Assembly: GCA_003345545.1 (NCBI GenBank) | Contig: PRDH01000081.1 | Location: forward strand, 1-64,000 | Length of the DNA: 64,000 nucleotides | Origin: Candidatus Thorarchaeota archaeon | Lineage (GTDB): Archaea > Asgardarchaeota > Thorarchaeia > Thorarchaeales > Thorarchaeaceae | Reading direction: 5' to 3' | Shown: one piece after another, positions 18,390 to 28,239 of the stretch | Layout of the letters: the number at the start of each line of letters is the position of its first letter | Numbering within the stretch: the first letter of the stretch is position 1 | Notes under the pieces: model-generated | What the model was told of the DNA's origin: nothing | The model's input: only the letters and a program-made list of their open reading frames with translations | The model's database searches: none | Position numbers and translations under genes: made by a program

Positions 18390-20117
18390 GTGGCCGAATT
18401 GTGTGAGGAATCTTCATTGTCGAACCCCTCTCTTGAAATCCTACCATGGTGGAAGACGACCACAGTCTATCAGATCTATCCACGAAGTTTCAAGGACAGT
18501 ACAGGTGATGGAATTGGAGACATCCCCGGAATCATCTCGAAACTGGACTATCTCCAGGATCTAGGAGTTGGAACAATCTGGTTCTCTCCCTTCTTTTCCA
18601 GTCCCCAGGCAGACCATGGGTATGATGTGAGCGACTACAGACGTATCGCTCCTGAATATGGAACTATGCTGGACTGTGAAAGACTCATACATGAGATTCA
18701 CAATCGAGGCATGCATGTTGTCCTTGATATGGTTCTCAACCACACTAGCAATCAACACCCCTGGTTCCTAGAATCACGGTCGAGCAGAGAGAGTCCAAAG
18801 CGCGACTGGTACATATGGCGTGATGGTCGAAGATCCAGAGGAAGAAAGCCACCGAACAATTGGAAGGCTGTTGTGGGGGGTTCAGGATGGCATTATGATG
18901 AACAGACCGATCAATGGTATTGGGCTCAGTTCTTACCCTTTCAACCAGATCTCAACTATCGTAATTCTGAGGTGAAACAAGAGATGTTTGATATTGTTCG
19001 TTTCTGGTTGAACAAGGGTGTTGATGGGTTTCGTTTAGACATCATTAATGCGATATATGAAGATGAAGCTCTTCGGGATAATCCATTCGTTTTGAAGTTG
19101 TTTCCCTCTGAGGAATACGAAAAGAGCTTCTTCCAAAACAGGATCCACACTGTCAACCACTCTGACAATTTTGCCTTTGTGAAGGAGCTTCGAAGTGTCA
19201 TGGATGAATACTCAGACCCTGAGCGGTTTTTGGTTGGCGAAGTAGCAGCATCCCTTGAAACGCTCAAGAGGTACTGTGGCGAGGAAATAAACACGAACCA
19301 GACCAATGGGCTCCATCTCACATTCCTGTTTCAGTCCCTTGACGCAGATTTTGATGCACACACATTTCGTAACCTAATCAGTAGATACGAGCAGTATTTC
19401 GCAGAGCCGTATTCTCCGACTTGGGTCTTCTCCAACCACGATCAGATGCGTCGTATTAGTAGATTAAGGAATGACGTGGACAAGGCAAAGCTCAATGTGA
19501 CACTGCAACTGACAGTAAGAGGAGTTCCCTACATCTACTACGGTGAGGAGATTGGAATGCCAAATCATAGACTTCCTCTAAAGACCGCACAAGACCCTGT
19601 AGCTCTGAAGTACAGCTGGATTCCCCAGTTTCTTGTCAATCTACTGACAAGAAGTGGTTCCGTTTTGCTCAATCGTGATGATTGCAGGACCCCAATGCAA
19701 TGGAACTCATCACCTAACGCAGGCTTTTGTTCCGAAGAATCGGAACCTTGGCTGCCAGTAGAACCGAGATACGAAACGATCAATGTGGACTACGAAGAGT
19801 CACAGCCCAATTCATTGTTGCATTGCTACAAATCTCTTCTACGACTCCGCAGGCAGATGCCAGCTCTTCATTCAGGCTCATTGCATCTCATCAATCTCTT
19901 CCTACACAAGAAGTCGATTCTCTCTTTCGAACGGAAGTATGACAAGCAAGTAGTACAGATATGGTTGAACTTCTCTGATAGGCCGATCCAGATAGAAGAG
20001 ATTCAGGGGAGGGCAGAACTGATATTCTCCACTCGTAGGGAACCGACTCCACTCAACAACACTGGTATTCACCTTGAACCATTTCAGGGAATCATTCTTG
20101 AAACGCATCATGACTGA
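18390..20117 (+). CDS. GH13 alpha-glucosidase / oligo-1,6-glucosidase
   Basis: YQIYPRSF, DMVLNH, QPDLN, GFRLD (nucleophile), VGE, SNHD. Confidence 0.92.
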   Translation: MAELCEESSLSNPSLEILPWWKTTTVYQIYPRSFKDSTGDGIGDIPGIISKLDYLQDLGVGTIWFSPFFSSPQADHGYDVSDYRRIAPEYGTMLDCERLIHEIHNRGMHVVLDMVLNHTSNQHPWFLESRSSRESPKRDWYIWRDGRRSRGRKPPNNWKAVVGGSGWHYDEQTDQWYWAQFLPFQPDLNYRNSEVKQEMFDIVRFWLNKGVDGFRLDIINAIYEDEALRDNPFVLKLFPSEEYEKSFFQNRIHTVNHSDNFAFVKELRSVMDEYSDPERFLVGEVAASLETLKRYCGEEINTNQTNGLHLTFLFQSLDADFDAHTFRNLISRYEQYFAEPYSPTWVFSNHDQMRRISRLRNDVDKAKLNVTLQLTVRGVPYIYYGEEIGMPNHRLPLKTAQDPVALKYSWIPQFLVNLLTRSGSVLLNRDDCRTPMQWNSSPNAGFCSEESEPWLPVEPRYETINVDYEESQPNSLLHCYKSLLRLRRQMPALHSGSLHLINLFLHKKSILSFERKYDKQVVQIWLNFSDRPIQIEEIQGRAELIFSTRREPTPLNNTGIHLEPFQGIILETHHD

Positions 20118-20192
20118 GAGCACAAATCCGTTCTCTTTCCACGGTTTCGGAGATATTCTTATAACCGGAGCTGAGAGCACACCCAAACATAA

Positions 20193-20333
20193 GGGTCGGT
20201 TGTCTAGCTTGGCTACAGTCAGTCATTCGTGACCGGTTGCCAAAAATGATTCTTGGTTTGGGTCGCCGCTTGGCGCCAACCAAGCCCGCAAGAATCCAAG
20301 AGGTCCCCGGTTCAAATCCGGGCCGGCCCACCA
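20193..20333 (+). tRNA. tRNA-Pro(TGG) with two introns: D-loop (20a/21; 20215-20245) and canonical 37/38 (20263-20294)
   Basis: Acceptor GGGTCGG/CCGGCCC, anticodon stem CTTGG/CCAAG, T-arm CCCGG-TTCAAAT-CCGGG, CCA; both inserts form BHB-type motifs. Confidence 0.92.
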
Positions 20334-20475
20334 CTTCTTTTCGCATCCTCCACTTTCTCAGAAGGTGGAATGATGCATCACGAGCAGAGAGATACAATCA
20401 TCGAGTACGACAAACTCATCTCAACATCGTCAAAAGTCGAAATGCTTATGTTCATCGGGCTCTGAAAATCGTGTA

Positions 20476-21201
20476 ATGTCGTATCAATCATCAGTTCGAG
20501 ACCGCCTAGCAAGACGAATAGCAGGCGAGATTGCACTGTCCGTCAGTCCAGGTAAGTCAATGCGAGTTTGGCGTGAGCGTTTTAGACTTCCCCAGATTGT
20601 ACTTGCAGGGCACCTTGGTATAAGTCCAAGCGTCATAAGCGACTATGAATCGGGAAGACGGAAGTCCCCTGGCACTTCGACGATACGACGGTTTGTGATG
20701 GCCCTTCTCAGTATTGATGAGCGTAATGGCGGTCAAACCATGGCGGCCTTTGTAAGACTGATGGATGTGAGCCTTGTGGATCTCAATATAGTTCTCGCCA
20801 TGAGTGATTTCTCATTGCCTATCAGCTCGAGGGAATTCTGCAAACAACTGAAGTGTACGGTTGTCGCAGGAGAGAAGTACATTGATAGACCAATTTACGG
20901 GTATACCTTGGTCGATGTAGAACGTGCCGTGAAAGAGCTAAACAGCGATGCTTTTCTCAAGCTCTTTGGTGCCACTACCGAGCGATGTCTTCTGTTTACG
21001 AATGTCAATACAGGCAGGGCTCCCATGATTGCTATCAAGTCGCAGGAGTTCAAACCCGCTCTTGTCATCCTCCACGGCGTGGGAGAGGTAGACCGTCTAG
21101 CATTGGAATTGTCTGAACAGATGCGGATACCCCTCGCTGTCAGCAAGATAGGCTCTCTGGATACGCTGACTAGGGAGCTGCGAGGCCTGGAACCGACCTA
21201 A
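20476..21201 (+). CDS. XRE-HTH transcriptional regulator (archaeal COG1709 type)
   Basis: IAGEI, SPSVISDYESGRRKSPG, TGRAPMIAIK. Confidence 0.85.
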   Translation: MSYQSSVRDRLARRIAGEIALSVSPGKSMRVWRERFRLPQIVLAGHLGISPSVISDYESGRRKSPGTSTIRRFVMALLSIDERNGGQTMAAFVRLMDVSLVDLNIVLAMSDFSLPISSREFCKQLKCTVVAGEKYIDRPIYGYTLVDVERAVKELNSDAFLKLFGATTERCLLFTNVNTGRAPMIAIKSQEFKPALVILHGVGEVDRLALELSEQMRIPLAVSKIGSLDTLTRELRGLEPT

Positions 21202-22118
21202 CCAAGAATCATCTTTAGAATAGCCATGCGAACGATGACTCCATTATAGACCTGGTCAAAGTACTTTGCCTGCGGAAGACTATCTATCTCAGTGCTCAGT
21301 TCATCTACTCTCGGGAGTGGATGTAAGATGATCGCATCATCTCGCATCAGCTTGACATCTGCAGCTGAGATACTGAATTTGCCCGACACCTTGTCATATT
21401 CTCTGGGATCCGGAAACCTCTCCTTCTGAATCCGAGTCATATAGACTACATCTGTATCTTTGACTGCTTCTTCAATGGTGTCCACTTCGACAACTTTCAC
21501 GCCTGCTTTCCTCATCTGTTCGATTACCGCAGGTTTCATTCTCAGTGATGGTGGAGCCGCTAGCTTGATTGTGACATCATAATTCGTGAGCGCCATGCCG
21601 AGAGAGTGTACAGTTCTGCCATACTTCAGGTCGCCACAGAGAGAGATTGATATTCCATCAAGTCTTCCCTTGAGTTTCTTGATGGAGTAGAGGTCCAATA
21701 GTGCCTGTGTTGGATGTTCCTCGGAACCACTTCCGGCATTGATGACAGGGATGCTAGAGAACTCCGCAGCGACTCTGGCAGAGCCGTCCAACGGGTGGCG
21801 CATGACGATTACGTCGGCATATCTCTCCACAGTCCTGATGGTATCAGCAAGTGTTTCTCCTTTTCCACCTGCACTTGACGTTCCAGCGTCCGCAAATCCA
21901 AGCACGCTTCCACCAAGGCGTAACATTGCGCTCTCAAATGAGAGGCGAGTGCGTGTCGAGGGTTCAAAAAACAGTGTTGCCATAATCTTGGACTCAAGGT
22001 CCTTGCTTCGTTTCACAGCCACGGCTTCCATCTTGGCTGCGTTAACCATGATTGAATCAATCTGTTTCTTCTCTAGGTCAAGTATGCTAATCAGATTCCG
22101 GAGTTCGAGCATTTTCAC
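21198..22118 (-). CDS. pyrB: Aspartate carbamoyltransferase catalytic subunit
   Basis: FFEPSTRTRLSFE, HPTQALLD, GDLKYGRTVHS, TRIQKER, HPLPR. Confidence 0.97.
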   Translation of the reverse strand: MKMLELRNLISILDLEKKQIDSIMVNAAKMEAVAVKRSKDLESKIMATLFFEPSTRTRLSFESAMLRLGGSVLGFADAGTSSAGGKGETLADTIRTVERYADVIVMRHPLDGSARVAAEFSSIPVINAGSGSEEHPTQALLDLYSIKKLKGRLDGISISLCGDLKYGRTVHSLGMALTNYDVTIKLAAPPSLRMKPAVIEQMRKAGVKVVEVDTIEEAVKDTDVVYMTRIQKERFPDPREYDKVSGKFSISAADVKLMRDDAIILHPLPRVDELSTEIDSLPQAKYFDQVYNGVIVRMAILKMILG

Positions 22119-22177
22119 GTACCTAGAGATGAAGTTGCAGGGAGGTCTCTCTTTAAGCTTTCCAGAAATGTTGTCGC

Positions 22178-22669
22178 TCAGAATTCTCTTGCGGACTTGC
22201 TGCTATTTCTCCCGTAGACTCTTGGAATCTGAATCTGACGAAGAATCAGTTTTGACTCCTTGAGCATTTGTGCTGCCAGATCATCCGCGTATTCATCAAC
22301 ATAGATAATCTCGTCAATGCCTGCATTGATGATCATCTTTGTGCAGATACTACAGGGTCTCGTTGTACAATACATCTTTGCCCCTCTGACACTTATTCCG
22401 TGATATGCTGCCTGAATGATGGCGTTCTGCTCGGCATGAAGGCCTCTACACAACTCGTGACGTTCTCCGGATTTTATGCCCATCTGGTCCCTTAGGCACC
22501 CAACCTCCGAACAATGCGGGAGTCCCTTTGGAGCGCCATTATAGCCCGTACTTAGAATCTGGGACTCCTTCACGATAACAGCACCCACTTGGTCCCTGAG
22601 ACAAGTACTTCGCGATGACACAAGGTCCGCAATCTCCGCAAAATACACATCCTTGCTCTTTCTGTTCAA
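22178..22669 (-). CDS. dCMP deaminase (ComEB family)
   Basis: RSTC, STGYNG, HAEQNA and PCxxC zinc motifs. Confidence 0.92.
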   Translation of the reverse strand: MNRKSKDVYFAEIADLVSSRSTCLRDQVGAVIVKESQILSTGYNGAPKGLPHCSEVGCLRDQMGIKSGERHELCRGLHAEQNAIIQAAYHGISVRGAKMYCTTRPCSICTKMIINAGIDEIIYVDEYADDLAAQMLKESKLILRQIQIPRVYGRNSSKSAREF

Positions 22670-22825
22670 CTCACTAGCATCCTCTGTTCGGTCATCTTAC
22701 GAGCCTGCTCAGATGCTTAAGAAGTTCCCTCTCATCATGACTACGGTTCTCGAAGACTAGCCTCATGGGAAAGATAAAAAGTGCAAAAGCATGAGAAACA
22801 GCACTGGAACTCGGGTGCTTTCACC

Positions 22826-23179
22826 ATGAAAAAACATGACAGGATGCTCATCTTCTGGCCAGCGTATTTCGAGAAGAACTATACGCGACTTCAGGGCAGA
22901 AAGATACCGAGCAACCTTGCTGCTTCAGATGTCACAATAGATACTCTTGAAGAGGCCGCAGAGTCTTCAGGATTCGAGTATGAAACTGAGCACGATAAGA
23001 GATACCCCCGTAATTGGAGTGAGAAAAGAGGGTGTATCGTAGTCACCAGTGATGAGGGCCACAAGAAGAAGAGAGTCATGTTGATGCTGGCAAAGGGCGT
23101 CCGAAGAGTTGTCGCCGCCCGAGAGTCCGCCCGTCTGGCTGAAACAACGAAAAAGGAAAAGAAGAAGCATCGAAAGTAG
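22826..23179 (+). CDS. srp19: Signal recognition particle protein SRP19
   Basis: IFWPAYF...R.QGRKIP, KRYPR.W...G. Confidence 0.88.
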   Translation: MKKHDRMLIFWPAYFEKNYTRLQGRKIPSNLAASDVTIDTLEEAAESSGFEYETEHDKRYPRNWSEKRGCIVVTSDEGHKKKRVMLMLAKGVRRVVAARESARLAETTKKEKKKHRK

Positions 23180-23201
23180 TGCATGATTGGAGGAGATCTG
23201 T

Positions 23202-23438
23202 ATGCGGCGGTTAGGAACTGTACTCCACATCTCACATCGCGGGTCAATCATCGTCCGCACAGAGAAGGCCCCGCCTGTGGGCGACAAGTCCATTGTATTT
23301 GACAAACAGGCACAAGAAATAGGATCAATCATCGACGTCTTTGGGCCAGTCAAGAATCCGTATGTGGCAATCCGCCCTCGCAAGGAGTTAGAGTCAAAAC
23401 GACTCCTTGGACAGGTCATCTATATGCACAAGAAGTGA
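23202..23438 (+). CDS. gar1: H/ACA RNP protein Gar1
   Basis: MRRLGTVLH, IG.IIDVFGPVKNPYVAI. Confidence 0.92.
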   Translation: MRRLGTVLHISHRGSIIVRTEKAPPVGDKSIVFDKQAQEIGSIIDVFGPVKNPYVAIRPRKELESKRLLGQVIYMHKK

Positions 23439-23570
23439 ATGGTCACAAGTGTACATCCATGTCACTTCTGATACGACACTTGTCGATAGTGGCTAGTATC
23501 TTCCGATAGTTAAATATCGGTCGGTGTAGTTTCTTTGATGTTGTCATTTGTTAATCTAAAGGTCATTTCA

Positions 23571-23918
23571 ATGAAGGACTTAGCTGGCCTGATACTAAGC
23601 GAAATAAAAGCCGCAGAGAGGGCCGGTCTCACCATCACGGACCTTGTAGAGCGACTTGACATTAGTCCCAAGAAAATCACGTCAGCTATCACAGCTCTGA
23701 TGTCCGAGGGAATGATAATGCAGAAGCAAGAAGTAGAAAATGAAAGGTACATCGCGAAGGATGCGCTCGCAGAGGAATCAGAGTCCATTGGTCTGACTGA
23801 CATGAATGGCTGCCCCTGTTTCCACTGCCTGAAGATAACCAAGTGTGGTGTTAGGCAACCAGACTCTCCAATCTTTTGCCGGGGACTGGAAGAGTGGGTG
23901 GGTACTGACATTCAATAG
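23571..23918 (+). CDS. TFE-beta / RPC34-like protein (winged helix plus 4Fe-4S)
   Basis: wHTH followed by CPCFHC-x5-C...SPIFC..LEEW. Confidence 0.85.
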   Translation: MKDLAGLILSEIKAAERAGLTITDLVERLDISPKKITSAITALMSEGMIMQKQEVENERYIAKDALAEESESIGLTDMNGCPCFHCLKITKCGVRQPDSPIFCRGLEEWVGTDIQ

Positions 23919-23925
23919 TACCAGC

Positions 23926-24552
23926 TCACAGATTTTTCGCATCTGAACGTTTTCTGATTGGCGCAGTGGCCAGTAGATATATCTCTGCACTTGTCTTACG
24001 TGATGCATCCGGTTTGATCAGTTTCACTGTACGGAACATTGACCGGATTTCTGCAACGAATTCCTGAAAGCCCTGTCCCTGGAACACCTTTGCTAGAGTC
24101 TTACCATTTGGTCCAAGAACTCGGTTGCCAATCTCGAATGTTCTCTCTGCAAGTTCAAGCTGTCTTGCAACATCGAGCTCCCAATGACCTGATACATTTG
24201 GTGAGCAGTCTGATAGCACGAGATCGAAAGACCCACCGGTCAATCCCTCAGCTCTTCTGATTATTCCATCATCAAGAATGCTTCCTTGTATGAATTGCAC
24301 ACCTTCAATGGGCAGCATGGCTTCCAAATCTATTGCCACAATTCGCAGGCTCCCATTGAGTTCCCGCAAGACTTGGGTCCAGCCTCCAGGAGCACTACAC
24401 AGCTCCAGAACAGTTTCGACACCGCGTAGCAGGCCTTCCTTCCTAGCCATCTGCATGATTTTGAAGGCGGATCTACTCCGATAGCCTGCCTTCTTTGCTG
24501 CTCTATAATAGTGCTCTCGCTTACGACGTTCGCCTTCGGCCCCTCTTGCCAC
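23926..24552 (-). CDS. rlmE: 23S rRNA 2'-O-methyltransferase RlmE/FtsJ
   Basis: GYRSRSAFKI, LCSAPGGW, VLSDCSPN, KVFQG, KPDASR..SAEIY (K-D-K-E tetrad). Confidence 0.93.
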   Translation of the reverse strand: MARGAEGERRKREHYYRAAKKAGYRSRSAFKIMQMARKEGLLRGVETVLELCSAPGGWTQVLRELNGSLRIVAIDLEAMLPIEGVQFIQGSILDDGIIRRAEGLTGGSFDLVLSDCSPNVSGHWELDVARQLELAERTFEIGNRVLGPNGKTLAKVFQGQGFQEFVAEIRSMFRTVKLIKPDASRKTSAEIYLLATAPIRKRSDAKNL

Positions 24553-24558
24553 TCACTA

Positions 24559-25764
24559 TCACCTTCTCATTAGACTCGCTATCGCAGATGTCACTTCATG
24601 TACGGATGCATTGGTTCTAATTGCAGTCGGGCTGAAGTGTGTTCTGGCTACACTGTGCCCTGCGTCTTTGAGACACTCGAGGATATCATAGTTACTCGGT
24701 GGTGTAAGATTATGCAAGTCACACAGAGAATGAAGGTCTATGAATGGAAAATCTGTCAGAGTACTCTCCTCCAGCATCTCTTCTAGGATTCTTGGAACCC
24801 GCTTGTGATACAAGCTTGCATCATCGTCTTTGAAAGACTCTTGTGCATGCTCTAGATACTCCTTGTTGAACAGGTCCCCAATCCATAGTGGTCCTGCAAT
24901 CCGTATCGGCCCCCTACAATCAGGAATCGCATGTTCGAAGGCAATATCCTCGTATCTGGCTCTCTGTGGGATTGTCTGGGTCTGCATACACCCCTCGCAG
25001 TATCTGATGACACCAAGGCTCTCAGCTTGGCTGTTGGCTCTCTCTCTGTCAGCTTCAACCTTGACCCATACTCTGACATAATGGTCCGTACTCAAGATGG
25101 CGAGAGGCAACATAGAGCAGTCATTGAGACCTGCCACTCGAAATACGAAGCCCTCAAGAAGTCTCACTGCGATCTCGTGAACAAAGGGTGCCTTGATGGA
25201 GAATCCCCCATATCTTCGCAATGCAACCTTTTGATACGTTCCACAGAGAACTGGCATATCGGTGGCAGTCAGAGCTAGGAGCCCGCCGTCTGGGTTCAAT
25301 GACTGTATGGCTGCGTTAAGATATGGCGCGGGAGTTCCAAATGGGTCAACATCCACATAATCAAATCGTTCCTCTCTGGATTCCGATAATAGTAGGAGTC
25401 TGGCATCACCTCTCAGTACTTTAGCCCTATTCTCAAGGTTGAGTAGTCTGATGTTCTTTTGCACAACTTCTACGGCATTGGGATTCACATCGAACATCTT
25501 TGCGGTGAAGTTTCCGGGGACCTCCTTCAGGTATCGGAGGGTTCTGACACCAGAACCTGTCAAGGGTTCACACAAACTTCTAATCGTGTTGTCTCTCAGG
25601 TACGAAGAGAGAAAGAGCACGGACATATCGCGATTGAGTCTCATCCTTGGATTATAGAAGACGGGCAGATTCGCTCTGATCTGCTTCTTATCTCCACTAT
25701 AGTACTCTACATCTGCGCTCAGGAACGTGGTCCTGCCTTCAGTATATTCTCTCTCGACGGTCAT
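24559..25764 (-). CDS. trm1: tRNA (guanine26-N2)-dimethyltransferase Trm1
   Basis: VFYNPRMRLNRD, GSGVR.LR, VDVDPFGTP, TATD, GPLWIG. Confidence 0.95.
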   Translation of the reverse strand: MTVEREYTEGRTTFLSADVEYYSGDKKQIRANLPVFYNPRMRLNRDMSVLFLSSYLRDNTIRSLCEPLTGSGVRTLRYLKEVPGNFTAKMFDVNPNAVEVVQKNIRLLNLENRAKVLRGDARLLLLSESREERFDYVDVDPFGTPAPYLNAAIQSLNPDGGLLALTATDMPVLCGTYQKVALRRYGGFSIKAPFVHEIAVRLLEGFVFRVAGLNDCSMLPLAILSTDHYVRVWVKVEADRERANSQAESLGVIRYCEGCMQTQTIPQRARYEDIAFEHAIPDCRGPIRIAGPLWIGDLFNKEYLEHAQESFKDDDASLYHKRVPRILEEMLEESTLTDFPFIDLHSLCDLHNLTPPSNYDILECLKDAGHSVARTHFSPTAIRTNASVHEVTSAIASLMRR

Positions 25765-25914
25765 CTGTATCGTGGACTCCCTGTATCTGCTAATAAGCCG
25801 ATAGGCAACGATGCAAAATGTTCGGGAACTGTGCCTCCGGAACGCCTAAGAGGAGAGAAGGGGCGCCTGTGAGGAGCAATTGTGTTCGCTGACCACGTTG
25901 AAAGGTGTTGAAGT

Positions 25915-26403
25915 TTGCCAACAAGAATCAAAATTCAAACAAATCGGGGCGATATTCTCGCTGAATTCTGGAACGATGATGCAATTAACACGGTCAAGAA
26001 CTTTGTCACTCTCGCCAAAAGCGGATATTATAATGGACTGACCTTCCATAGAGTCGTGGACAAATTTGTGATTCAGGGTGGCGACCCTACTGGCACAGGA
26101 TCCGGTGGACCGGGGTACGCTATACCCTGTGAAACACGAGGGCCTCGACAGAAGCACAAGAATGGTGCCTTCTCGATGGCACATGCTGGAAAGGACACCG
26201 GCGGAAGTCAGTTCTTTGTAGTCCTTGACGAGAACAACACAAAACATCTTGATGGAAAGCATACAGTCTTCGGTCAGACGATTCAGGGGTTTGACGTTGT
26301 TCAGAAGATTCGACAGGGGGACAAGATGCTCAAGGTTGAGGTCCTTGAGGTAGATCCCAAGATTGAAGCTCACGAGCTTCAGAAACTGAGGTCACGGCGT
26401 TGA
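25915..26403 (+). CDS. Cyclophilin-type peptidyl-prolyl isomerase
   Basis: FHRVVDKFVIQGGDP, SMAHAGKDTGGSQFF, HLDGKHTVFG. Confidence 0.95.
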   Translation: MPTRIKIQTNRGDILAEFWNDDAINTVKNFVTLAKSGYYNGLTFHRVVDKFVIQGGDPTGTGSGGPGYAIPCETRGPRQKHKNGAFSMAHAGKDTGGSQFFVVLDENNTKHLDGKHTVFGQTIQGFDVVQKIRQGDKMLKVEVLEVDPKIEAHELQKLRSRR

Positions 26404-26450
26404 ATTCAGGTATGTTCCTGCAGAAGACCGGGGTTTCCTATTCGTTCAGG

Positions 26451-27125
26451 CTACTCTAGTCTGTATTCCTCTCCCTCTCTGAGCAAGACAACCTTCGTGG
26501 ATGATTTCGACCCAACTTCCCTCTTGAAGATCTCCGGGTCCGTATCCCAAAGGTGCATCGGTATTGCGACCTTTGGTCTTATTACTGAAGCCGCCTTTGC
26601 AGCCTCTTTGATGTCCATCGTATATGTATCTCCACCTGGAAGTAGAGCGACCTCCACGCCAACTCCGCTCAGTTTCTCCATTTCCGGAATCAGATCGGTA
26701 TCCCCTGCATGGTATATTCTCTTTCCCTCTACCGTCAAGAGATACCCCACACCAAATCCCTTTGGATGGAATGGCTGACCATTGGGTCGGAATCTCTTCA
26801 CGTTGTATGCCTCTGTGGCCAACACATCGACCCCGCCGGCTGTCATCACATGTTCTCCTGGCTTCAGGCTCAAAGCCAGTCCGCCGCCTATCTCCCTCCT
26901 AACTTTCTCTGGGGCAATGATCTGAGACCCTGGACCTCGAATCTTCTTGACGAGGTCCTTCTCAAAATGGTCGTAGTGTCCATGCGTGATCAGTATTAGG
27001 TCTGCAGATTTCAAATCGTCCATCCTCACACCAGTATCCTTCGTGGAGGGATCAATGTAGATGTTCTGCGTTTCTGTCTTGATCTGGAAACTCGCATGAG
27101 CCAAGCATCTAACAGTCACACCCAA
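26451..27125 (-). CDS. Metallo-beta-lactamase-fold hydrolase
   Basis: IDP, THGHYDH, YHAGDT, PMH. Confidence 0.88.
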   Translation of the reverse strand: MGVTVRCLAHASFQIKTETQNIYIDPSTKDTGVRMDDLKSADLILITHGHYDHFEKDLVKKIRGPGSQIIAPEKVRREIGGGLALSLKPGEHVMTAGGVDVLATEAYNVKRFRPNGQPFHPKGFGVGYLLTVEGKRIYHAGDTDLIPEMEKLSGVGVEVALLPGGDTYTMDIKEAAKAASVIRPKVAIPMHLWDTDPEIFKREVGSKSSTKVVLLREGEEYRLE

Positions 27126-27230
27126 TCAAATCACCTAGTCTTAGTATGACGCAGTTGTCTATATGTGTTTCACAAGATGGCATACTTTATGGGTCACGCT
27201 GCTCTCTGAGTATAAGGAGATGGTCATCAA

Positions 27231-28169
27231 GTGCCCCTTCGTTTTGGCATAGCAGCGTTTGAATTTCAGTCAACAGCAGACCAGATTATCGTCGATGGAG
27301 TTCCTGATTTCTCTCGCTTCAGCATCGAGAATGAGATACGTACTGCTGTACAGGCAGGGTACTCTGTTCTCGAGCTCGGGATGGATGCAAAGTACATGAT
27401 TCCGGGCGCACTCACACCAGAGTCATTCAATCGTCTTCTTGAACTACAGACAGAACTCGGGCATTCATACACAGTACATCTGCCATTTTGGTCTGTGGAA
27501 TTGGCCACGTTCAATGAGCCTGTCCGAGAAGGAAGCATCAAGAGCATAGTCGATTGTATCAGATCTGCAGAAGTCTTACAGCCTGAAACCTACGTCTTGC
27601 ATGCAACTGGAAGCCTGGCTGCAGAATTCTCCACACTACGGTTCTCAAGCAAGATTGTACATCTGATTTGCACGCTACTTGCAGGATTCTCAAATAGGGG
27701 CATCGAGGACATCATCACTCAGACTGAGATAAGTCCACGAAAGTTCGCGATTGAGAACTGCGTGTTTCCGTTTGTAATAATGCGGGATCTCGTTGATGAT
27801 TTGGACACAAGCATCTGTTTTGACACTGCTCATCTCATAACACGCATGTCTGGAACGGAGTCGGTCATGGAGTTCTACAGGGCTCACAGGGACAGAATCG
27901 CAGAGATTCATCTGCAGGACGGTAGCTACTCTGAGCACAGGGGAGTGGTTTCACGTGAGGACCATATTGCATTGGGACGAGGCATCATGGGAGATAACGT
28001 ATTGCGAGAGTTCTTGACGGAACTTGTCAAAGACAAATTCACAGGCCCTATCATCTTCGAGCTCCCACAAGGTGACGCCAATGAGTCTCTAGCAAGAATC
28101 AGGGATGTGGTTCCGGAAGTGTTGAGAAGAACCGGAAAGGCAAGAGGTATTGGCCCGCATAAGGACTAG
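27231..28169 (+). CDS. TIM-barrel metalloenzyme (xylose isomerase/AP endonuclease 2-like; possibly CbiR-like)
   Basis: VHLP, VLH, IEN, FDTAH, IHLQD, DH and IFE metal-ligand pattern. Confidence 0.7.
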   Translation: MPLRFGIAAFEFQSTADQIIVDGVPDFSRFSIENEIRTAVQAGYSVLELGMDAKYMIPGALTPESFNRLLELQTELGHSYTVHLPFWSVELATFNEPVREGSIKSIVDCIRSAEVLQPETYVLHATGSLAAEFSTLRFSSKIVHLICTLLAGFSNRGIEDIITQTEISPRKFAIENCVFPFVIMRDLVDDLDTSICFDTAHLITRMSGTESVMEFYRAHRDRIAEIHLQDGSYSEHRGVVSREDHIALGRGIMGDNVLREFLTELVKDKFTGPIIFELPQGDANESLARIRDVVPEVLRRTGKARGIGPHKD

Positions 28170-28239
28170 TTAGTAAGATTGAAGAGAATACTCTCGGTTC
28201 CTGCAGGTATATCCTATCACATATCGGAGCGATTGACGG

